30,086 nt of DNA, from the NCBI GenBank assembly GCA_024402835.1, contig JAKSSZ010000001.1, positions 1 through 30,086 of the forward strand, in the 5' to 3' direction. Below are positions 23,199 to 30,086 of this stretch, piece after piece (position 1 is the first letter of the stretch; every line of letters begins with the position of its first letter). The translations under genes were made by a program, and so were the position numbers. Source of the stretch: Alphaproteobacteria bacterium. Lineage in GTDB: Bacteria; Pseudomonadota; Alphaproteobacteria; Rs-D84. The notes under the pieces were generated by a model, which saw only the letters and a program-made list of their open reading frames with translations, had not been told where the DNA came from and ran no database searches.

Positions 23199-25444
23199 TG
23201 TTTTTAGGTGATATTATAGATTTTCAAACAACACATATTGAATCTTTATTAAAAAAGTGCGCAGATCACGAAGAAGTTGTTTTATGTGCCCCGACAGGTT
23301 CTGGCAAAACAGTAATTGCCAGCAGATTTATTGATGAATATCTGGATGAAAATCCAGACACTGTGTTTTTATGGTTATGTCCCGGTGCCGGTGGTTTGGA
23401 AAAGCAATCTCAACAAACATTTGAAGAATTAACATCCGGTATACAAGATGGTGATGTTTACGATTTCATAAATGAACCTAACCCAAGGGGTAAGGTTTAT
23501 TTTATAAATTGGGATAAAATAAATAAAAAATCAAATGTCGTATTACGTGAGGGCGAACATAAGGATTTGATGACAAAAGTACAAGCATGTCATAACAGTA
23601 ATATAAATATATTTATGATGATCGATGAAGAACATAAGTACAGAGATACAGCAAACGAATACATAGCAACCATACAACCTGTACATGTTTTAAGAATTTC
23701 TGCTACCCCTATTGGTAAAGGCGATGCGGAAGAAAAAATCACGGACGACGAAGTAATTTCTGCAGGACTTATTGCCGCAGGTATATCTATTAACGAAGGT
23801 TTGTCTCAAGCCATTCAAGATAATAACAATATAGATGACGACTTACGTTTATTAGAGTTAGCGGACAGCAAACGCAAAGAAGTACAAGCAGAATATAATA
23901 AACTTGGTCTTAATATACGTCCTTTGGTTTTAATCCAATTTCCGAATGGTCGTGAGGAATGGATTGAACGTGTAAAAGTTGCCCTTGCTAAAATGGGCTA
24001 CAGCGAAGAATCTGGATTAGTTACCTCTTGGTTCAGTGGCGACCATCCGGATAATCCGGAAGAAATAACTAAATTAGATGGACAATACGCCTTCTTGTTA
24101 TTCAAACAAGCAATTGCTACTGGATGGGATTGTCCACGTGCTAAAATATTAGTTAAATTACGTGAAGGCGGCACAGAAAGATTCAATATTCAAACGATTG
24201 GACGAATTCGCCGTATGCCACAAAGGCATCACTATGATAATTCAATCATAGATAATTGTTATCTATATACATTAGATAATCAATTCAGTGAAGGCTTGAC
24301 AAATAGCATATCTGATTCTTTTTATCTGTATCAATACAAAAAGAAAAGTAAAGCCCCTGGTATCCAGCTAGTAAAAGAAACCCTGAATGGGAGTGATAGG
24401 TTTGCCGTGGATCCGGAAGCAGTTGTTATGGCGATAAGAAAGGCCATGTTAAAAGAGAGTGATCTGAATAAAAATGGCGTATTAGAAAGAAAAGAATTAG
24501 AAATAACAAAAGGTTATGTTTTTGGCACTATTTTAAAAACAACGGCCATTGAGGGCGTGGCCAGAACAACGCACGATATTAAGACCTTAAATTCTGTTTT
24601 TGGTGGCGAACATGAAATTGATAATCATGAAGACGGCTTTATTATCAGAGATGCAAAAAGAAAAATCGCCGCCTCAATGGGTATTGATGAAAACATATCA
24701 AATAATGCCCTTAGAATTTTGTTCGGTCCGGAAGACAAACAAATGTCACTGCTATCACCCGAGGAACAAAATTTTGAACATAAAAATAAGCTTATTATCG
24801 ATATGTCTTTGCGGGAATACAATGCATTTTTAGTTAATAACAGAGACAGATTAATAGAAACTTTCACTAATGTTAATAAAACAGAAATCGGCGAATTTAA
24901 AGAAACAGAGATCAAAGAATCTGAGTGGGGTATTCCCGTTCAACAATATTATAAACAACACAAAAAAGTACAATCTGTAACCATTTTACAGAAAAATGTG
25001 TTTGAAGGTTATGGTGATAATATTTTGATAGAACCCAACCGTACGGCTTCAGAACAAGCATTTGAAAAGTGGTGTGAGACCTATGATGCTGTGAAATTTG
25101 TTTATAAAAATGGGGATAAAGGCGATGAATTCTTTAGCATCGTATATCGCAAGGCATTTAGACGTAATCATTTTTATCCCGATTATATAATTGAAACTAC
25201 AAATGGGGAAATCTGGATTATTGAAGCCAAGGGGGGCATGTCGTCAGATGGCACATCAAAAAACATTGATGAATATGCTAAAAACAAATTTGATGCCCTG
25301 AAAACATATGCAAAAAAACATCCGGAAATAAAATGGGGGTTTGTGCGCACTTTCGGCCCACGCTTATACCTAAGTAATACAGAATGGTCTGAGGACATGA
25401 GTAACCCGAACATCTGGAAGCCTATTGAGATGTTTATTCCTTAA
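23198..25444 (+). CDS. res: Type III R-M restriction subunit (Res): SF2 helicase plus PD-(D/E)xK nuclease
   Basis: APTGSGKT, IDEEH, GWDCPRAKILVKLR, QTIGRIRR, FYPDYII...IIEAKG. Confidence 0.9.
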   Translation: MFLGDIIDFQTTHIESLLKKCADHEEVVLCAPTGSGKTVIASRFIDEYLDENPDTVFLWLCPGAGGLEKQSQQTFEELTSGIQDGDVYDFINEPNPRGKVYFINWDKINKKSNVVLREGEHKDLMTKVQACHNSNINIFMMIDEEHKYRDTANEYIATIQPVHVLRISATPIGKGDAEEKITDDEVISAGLIAAGISINEGLSQAIQDNNNIDDDLRLLELADSKRKEVQAEYNKLGLNIRPLVLIQFPNGREEWIERVKVALAKMGYSEESGLVTSWFSGDHPDNPEEITKLDGQYAFLLFKQAIATGWDCPRAKILVKLREGGTERFNIQTIGRIRRMPQRHHYDNSIIDNCYLYTLDNQFSEGLTNSISDSFYLYQYKKKSKAPGIQLVKETLNGSDRFAVDPEAVVMAIRKAMLKESDLNKNGVLERKELEITKGYVFGTILKTTAIEGVARTTHDIKTLNSVFGGEHEIDNHEDGFIIRDAKRKIAASMGIDENISNNALRILFGPEDKQMSLLSPEEQNFEHKNKLIIDMSLREYNAFLVNNRDRLIETFTNVNKTEIGEFKETEIKESEWGIPVQQYYKQHKKVQSVTILQKNVFEGYGDNILIEPNRTASEQAFEKWCETYDAVKFVYKNGDKGDEFFSIVYRKAFRRNHFYPDYIIETTNGEIWIIEAKGGMSSDGTSKNIDEYAKNKFDALKTYAKKHPEIKWGFVRTFGPRLYLSNTEWSEDMSNPNIWKPIEMFIP

Positions 25445-25459
25445 ATTCTAAGGATTTCA

Positions 25460-25700
25460 TGTTCCCCCGGAAAACACCAACTGGAAACAAATCCGGGGGT
25501 CCGAGGGCGTTGTTGGCTATATACCGGAATACGAAGTCCGGGCTAACTCAAGACCCCGAAAGTACCGCAGACAATGGCGGGAATCTGGTTGTTATGCAAA
25601 CCAACAGGGAGGCCAGCCATTTGCCCTCCATCGTAACAATCCTTTCGGATTGCCCAGCAGGTCAGGCCGAAGATTTCTGCAATTCTGCTAGCTTGCTACT
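25460..25700 (-). ncRNA. Candidate structured non-coding RNA (~240 nt), family not recognised
   Basis: About 52% GC by hand count in an AT-rich context; several hairpins and a long-range helix; GAAA tetraloop and G-U pairs favour the minus strand; dedicated promoter. Confidence 0.6.
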
Positions 25701-25703
25701 AAC

Positions 25704-25732
25704 ACTATAAACGCAAGACATTGAAAAATCAA
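25704..25732 (-). promoter_or_regulatory. Sigma70 promoter driving the candidate ncRNA
   Basis: Minus strand TTGATT (25732-25727)-17 bp-TATAGT (25709-25704); no plausible minus-strand CDS downstream. Confidence 0.65.
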
Positions 25733-25737
25733 AGAAC

Positions 25738-28614
25738 CTACCCCTTTGGGCACCAATATTTTTGGCAATATGCATGCATGTCGCAGTTGGTGCAGCGTGT
25801 CTCGTTCCTTTTTCTCATGGAATAATCTTTTGCTTCAATTTTATGCACAACAGCAGTAACTTCACCAATAGTTTTTGCTATGGCTGATTCATTTCGTGGG
25901 AAAGTAACATATGGGACACCATCCTCTGCATTTGTATAGTAGAGATGCATATTATCAACTTTTTCGCCATATTTTTCTTCTACAATATGTGCATAAATTT
26001 CCAATTGCCGTTTGTACCGTTTCAACTCATCCTTGCCTTCATCAGAGTTTATATCTGGTTTCTTCTCGGCCTTAAAATCGACAATATCTACATGTCCCGC
26101 TTCTTTACGGATCAAATCAATCGTTCCTTTAAGATTATAATCCTTTTCAATAAAAGACACGTCTACTTCTGCTTCCTTAACCCTATCCCAATCGTTTTGT
26201 TCACGCTCCGCATAGTTTAGAACCTGTCGTAAAGCATCAAGACGAACGGGTTCACTCAAGAATAAGTGTTCTTTCTTTTTAATATCTTCATAATTCTTAT
26301 TCAACCAGGTTTTAATATTCTCAGCGGTTACCGCTTTTGTCCGTCCATTTATAATGGCCTTGTGTATATCTTCGATGGTTTGATGAACCAATGTACCAAA
26401 TATGATGCTGCCTTGGCGAACCGGGGCGAACCCAAGTTCTTTGAAAAACTTATATTGAACAGGACAGTTCTCATACACAAGTATGTGCGATGTAAAAGCA
26501 TATTCATTTTTGATATTAGTTGGCTTGATTTTCTCAAGTTCAATCCTCGCATATTCAGCCGAAGTAACACTTCTCCAATCTGTAGCTGCACTATATGACT
26601 CAATAAATTTTCTGCTTGGTATACGTCGTCCTTGTACTTGTTCTGGGCAACTCAAACACAATAAATTCTGTGCACGAGAATACGCAGTATAGTAAAGGCG
26701 CATAAAATCAAAGTTTTTTGTTTTCTCTATAGGTTCAAACGGCTTTTTATGATAAAATTCGCTTTGTAGAATTTCATCAAGTTCTGTATATTGTTTGCGT
26801 GGCGATTCCCACAAAGAACACACAAACACGACGGGGAACTGCAAACCTTTAGATTGATGTATCGTCATAAACGACACAAAACCAGAGGGTGCATACTCTG
26901 ATTCGTCTTCGTACTCTTCAATGCCGCCCCCATACAGAAAACACAAATAATTCACATAGAATTTCTTTAGTGCAGACCCAATATTCTTTGCCGTAAAAAC
27001 GTTTATATTTTCAAGGTATTCAAATTTGGTCAGCATTTGAGTAAATCTGGCAAGATTTCTGGCTGGACGTCCATCATGGATATTTGCCACGGCATTATCA
27101 CCCAAGTATTTTGCAAACACATCAAACTGAAACAGTTTGTAAAACAAACCTGATAAAGCATAATCCAATGAATGTTTTTCAAGTGCTGCATGTTTTTGTA
27201 TCCGTTCATGCACAAAGTCACGCAATTTACCATCCTTGCTCATGGCGTCTTTAAACTTAATTATGCAAGATTCTATGTATCTTTTATAATCGATATCAAA
27301 TTCATTTTCTTCAAAATAATTGTAATAAAGCACACATATTGCACCAACTGCTAACTGTATTTCCTCGCGCTGAAAGAAAAGGTTTGAACGGGGCGAATAG
27401 ACGTGAATTTTTTTACTTTCCAGATAATTTGACAATTCAATAGCATGTGGATTTCGAACAGAACGAAATAAAAAAACGACCTGATTCAAGTCAGTAATAA
27501 TTCCACACCGCTGCATGTCTTTGAGAAATTCTACAATTTCTTCGCACCAAGCAGAGGATCCTGTAGCAGAGACTCTCAAAACGGATGGATATTCTCGGTG
27601 TTGTACTTCTGTGTCAGGATCTGCGACAACCATTTTGTCAAATCGATACTGTTCACCTGGGGTTTCACCGGTCCAATCCTGCTGTTTCATCCAATTATTA
27701 TAAAAATCGATTATGCCAGAATGAGAGCGATAGTTTTTTGTAAGTTCTATACGAGTACAGTGATCAAAATTATGCTCAAATTCAAGGATATTACGAATTG
27801 TTGCCCCACGGAACCGATACAAACCCTGATCATCATCACCCACAACACAAATATTTTGTTCAGGGTTAAGCATTTTCAAAATGATACGTTCTTGAATAGA
27901 ATTAGTGTCTTGATATTCGTCAATCATAAAATATTTGTACCTTGTACGTAAAATCTCAAGAACATCAGGATTATTTTCAAGCAACATCAAAAGTTCATAT
28001 TGGATCTTGGAAAAATCCAGCGCATTTTGTTCTTCCAACAATTCTTCGTACGCTCTATATATGGCGGCCAAATTATGAACCGCAGGAATTGTGCTTTTCT
28101 CTAAATCAGAAACGGATAGAGCTTCTTCAGAGACTTTATTAACCCAAGATGCAATAGTTCCTGCCTGCTTCCACAATCCCCCCGAACCAATAACCGATGC
28201 GGTATCATCAAGACTACGGAATTTGTATATATTCTTGTAAATCATATATTGTTGATCAAACTGATCCCAAATACTATAATTGCGTTTTAATCTGGTACAA
28301 TCTCTAAATTCTTCAAGTATGTTTAAAAAGATGGAATGTAAGGTCCCGACACAGAGATCATTTATATTTACTTTTAGTTTGGCTTCATAAACCCGATTAG
28401 AAATACGAGTAATAAGCTCTCTGGCGGCTTTTTCCGTAAAAGTTGCAATAAAGATATTTTCTGGTGTGGCCAGTTCGTCCGCTAAAAGGTGATATACACG
28501 CTCAACCAACGTAAATGTTTTACCAGAACCGGGTCCGGCTATAATAAGCACAGGGCCACTAATAGTATCAATTGCCCGTTGCTGATCTTCATTCGGCGGC
28601 AGTCTTTTGGACAT
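25738..28614 (-). CDS. UvrD/PcrA-like SF1 helicase fused to a C-terminal PD-(D/E)xK nuclease with 4-Cys Fe-S staple (AddB/AdnB/Cas4-like)
   Basis: AGPGSGKT, IDEYQDTN, VGDDDQGLYRFRGA, NYRS, TIHQSKGLQF, YTAYSRA; ENCP...GTIDLI..IVDFK..QLEIY...CTNCDMHAYC; SD GGGAG. Confidence 0.9.
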   Translation of the reverse strand: MSKRLPPNEDQQRAIDTISGPVLIIAGPGSGKTFTLVERVYHLLADELATPENIFIATFTEKAARELITRISNRVYEAKLKVNINDLCVGTLHSIFLNILEEFRDCTRLKRNYSIWDQFDQQYMIYKNIYKFRSLDDTASVIGSGGLWKQAGTIASWVNKVSEEALSVSDLEKSTIPAVHNLAAIYRAYEELLEEQNALDFSKIQYELLMLLENNPDVLEILRTRYKYFMIDEYQDTNSIQERIILKMLNPEQNICVVGDDDQGLYRFRGATIRNILEFEHNFDHCTRIELTKNYRSHSGIIDFYNNWMKQQDWTGETPGEQYRFDKMVVADPDTEVQHREYPSVLRVSATGSSAWCEEIVEFLKDMQRCGIITDLNQVVFLFRSVRNPHAIELSNYLESKKIHVYSPRSNLFFQREEIQLAVGAICVLYYNYFEENEFDIDYKRYIESCIIKFKDAMSKDGKLRDFVHERIQKHAALEKHSLDYALSGLFYKLFQFDVFAKYLGDNAVANIHDGRPARNLARFTQMLTKFEYLENINVFTAKNIGSALKKFYVNYLCFLYGGGIEEYEDESEYAPSGFVSFMTIHQSKGLQFPVVFVCSLWESPRKQYTELDEILQSEFYHKKPFEPIEKTKNFDFMRLYYTAYSRAQNLLCLSCPEQVQGRRIPSRKFIESYSAATDWRSVTSAEYARIELEKIKPTNIKNEYAFTSHILVYENCPVQYKFFKELGFAPVRQGSIIFGTLVHQTIEDIHKAIINGRTKAVTAENIKTWLNKNYEDIKKKEHLFLSEPVRLDALRQVLNYAEREQNDWDRVKEAEVDVSFIEKDYNLKGTIDLIRKEAGHVDIVDFKAEKKPDINSDEGKDELKRYKRQLEIYAHIVEEKYGEKVDNMHLYYTNAEDGVPYVTFPRNESAIAKTIGEVTAVVHKIEAKDYSMRKRNETRCTNCDMHAYCQKYWCPKG

Positions 28615-28769
28615 CGTCTCCCCCCTTTTTCAATAAGAATTTTACCAGTTTTTACAAAACAAATCAACGCTAACATACTTGACAAAAAGCCGATTGGTAT
28701 TGAAATTGTAAAAAAAAGTCCTATATCAACGTAATGGGGCGTGGTGCCCAGAACAAGGGGGTGTAAGAA

Positions 28770-30086
28770 ATGAGTGAGGATATGAATAAGTTTTACGGGT
28801 CTCTCCGTGATGAGAATGACTACGAATATGGTCATGGGAAGAAACATCTTGAAAGATTGTCTGGTTTATATACAGACGATTGTCACTTTATTTACGAAAT
28901 TTTACAAAACGCAGAAGATGCCAAAGCTTCTGAGGTAAAGTTTGTATTATATAGAGATAGACTTGAAATATTCCATAATGGTGAAGCCTTTAATGAAAAA
29001 AATGTTAGAGCTATCACACAAATTGCCGAAAGCACCAAAGAAGACGAGCTGAATAAAGTCGGAAAGTTTGGGTTGGGATTCAAATCTGTTTATTCGGTTA
29101 CAAATGAACCAGAAATCCATTCTGGTGATTATGATTTCAAAATAGCAGAATTTATACGACCTTATCCTGTTGCACACAAAGATGTTCCAGCACCATATAC
29201 CACATTATTCATACTCCCGTTCAAAAGCGAAAAGAAAGAGCATGTCTATGATAAATTGGGACACAAGTTTCAAGATTTAGAACTAAAAACAGTTTTGTTC
29301 CTTTCTAACATAAAATCAATATGTTGGGAAATTGATGAAGATGACCAAAGTTTCTATAAAAAGTCTGGGACATACCTCAAAGAAGATGCCACAGATAAAA
29401 AAACGGGATTCAAGCGAGTAACATGTTTGTCTGATACGTCTTCAGTGCCAGATCAATGGTTCGTGTTTTCAAAAGGTAGTAAGGAAGAGGCCTTCATAGA
29501 GATCGCTTTCAAATACGATGAAGAAAAGAAACAAATTGTACCAGCAAATAATACTGATCTTGTGGTATTGTTTCCAACCGAAAAAGAAACGGGCCTTAAT
29601 TTTGTTATAAACGGAAACTTTCAAACGACACCAGCCCGAGATAATGTTCCACCAGAAGAAGAACATAACAAAAAGTTGATCGGATGTGTTCAGGAGTTGT
29701 TGAAAAAAATTATACCTGAGATGAGGGACAAGGGGTTGATGGATGTATCATTAATGAAGACTTTGCCAACAGATAAAAGACAATTTGAATCAGACAAAAG
29801 AGCATTCTTCAAACCGATTTATGACACAGTAAAAGAATTATTCAAAACCCAGAACTTGATTCCTACAACAGAAAAAGCGGTTTATGCCAAAGCTGGTGAT
29901 TTAGCTGCGGCCACTAGTAGTGATCTGACTGAAATATATACGCCATACCAAAAAAAATGGCTTATAACTACTATCACCAGAAATAACAAGAACAGTGATT
30001 TGTTTTACTACCTTACTGAAGAATTGAATATACCTGTTATTAGTCCACAACAGTTTTGTGAAGACTATCTGTCTAAGGAATACTTA
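28770..30086 (+). CDS. Sacsin-like GHKL ATPase protein, 3'-truncated by the window edge (absent from the ORF track)
   Basis: Hand translation is open to the end; FIYEILQNAEDA, IFHNGEAF, VGKFGLGFKSVY, FPTEKETGLNFVINGNFQTTPARDN; SD AAGGGGG. Confidence 0.85.
   Translation, partial: MSEDMNKFYGSLRDENDYEYGHGKKHLERLSGLYTDDCHFIYEILQNAEDAKASEVKFVLYRDRLEIFHNGEAFNEKNVRAITQIAESTKEDELNKVGKFGLGFKSVYSVTNEPEIHSGDYDFKIAEFIRPYPVAHKDVPAPYTTLFILPFKSEKKEHVYDKLGHKFQDLELKTVLFLSNIKSICWEIDEDDQSFYKKSGTYLKEDATDKKTGFKRVTCLSDTSSVPDQWFVFSKGSKEEAFIEIAFKYDEEKKQIVPANNTDLVVLFPTEKETGLNFVINGNFQTTPARDNVPPEEEHNKKLIGCVQELLKKIIPEMRDKGLMDVSLMKTLPTDKRQFESDKRAFFKPIYDTVKELFKTQNLIPTTEKAVYAKAGDLAAATSSDLTEIYTPYQKKWLITTITRNNKNSDLFYYLTEELNIPVISPQQFCEDYLSKEYL

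Larger units (their letters stand above)
18449..30086. mobile_element. Integrative element 3 (left part), defence cargo, extends past the window
   Basis: Left end homologous to that of element 2; Xis-like gene, resolvase, Type III R-M, helicase-nuclease. Confidence 0.7.

Noticed and set aside
24730-24755. QMSLL clamp-like motif in Res
   Set aside because: Internal, imperfect match with no evidence of exposure or conservation
25490-25670. Local resemblance to RNase P (GAAGTCCGGGCT), c-di-AMP riboswitch (GGGCTAACTC), SRP (CAGGTCAGG) on + and SAM-I (TGGAGGG..CTGGCC) on -
   Set aside because: Each is an isolated fragment; the other required conserved blocks are missing, and the plus-strand matches conflict with the promoter and G-U evidence
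25459-25710. 83-aa plus-strand ORF
   Set aside because: Weak SD, atypical composition for this window and no recognisable motif; it coincides with the structured minus-strand element
410-29666. Numerous short ORF-track entries antisense to or nested in long genes
   Set aside because: Shadow frames of well-supported CDSs, without SD sequences or motifs

Overview
AT-rich bacterial accessory region made of at least three tandem integrative elements at a tRNA-Asn(GTT) 3' end. The intact tRNA is not in the window and should lie to the left. Two displaced tRNA 3' fragments (4662-4706 and 18431-18448), each followed by a homologous terminator and a tandem TGCTACC repeat, mark the junctions. Element 1 (to 4706) carries a tyrosine integrase, an Xis/AlpA-like gene, phage-type hypotheticals and a 12-bp-period repeat array. 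Element 2 (4707-18448) has no integrase. It carries two Panacea(DUF4065)-toxin pairs, a DUF262-DUF3631 chimera with a terminase-small-subunit-like gene, a three-gene restriction-modification system whose methyltransferase is split between motifs III and IV, a Fic-HEPN operon and two small paralogous genes. Element 3 (18449 to the edge) carries an Xis-like gene, a serine resolvase, a Type III R-M system, a UvrD/Fe-S nuclease, a truncated sacsin-like GHKL ATPase and a candidate ~240-nt structured ncRNA with its own sigma70 promoter. The strongest leads are the ncRNA, the split methyltransferase (shared catalytic half plus an in-frame A_AAA_AAG slippery site), the 12-bp array and the Fic-HEPN pair. 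All family assignments come from motif recognition by eye, with no database searches. The first ~90 nt are probably a poly-G sequencing artefact.
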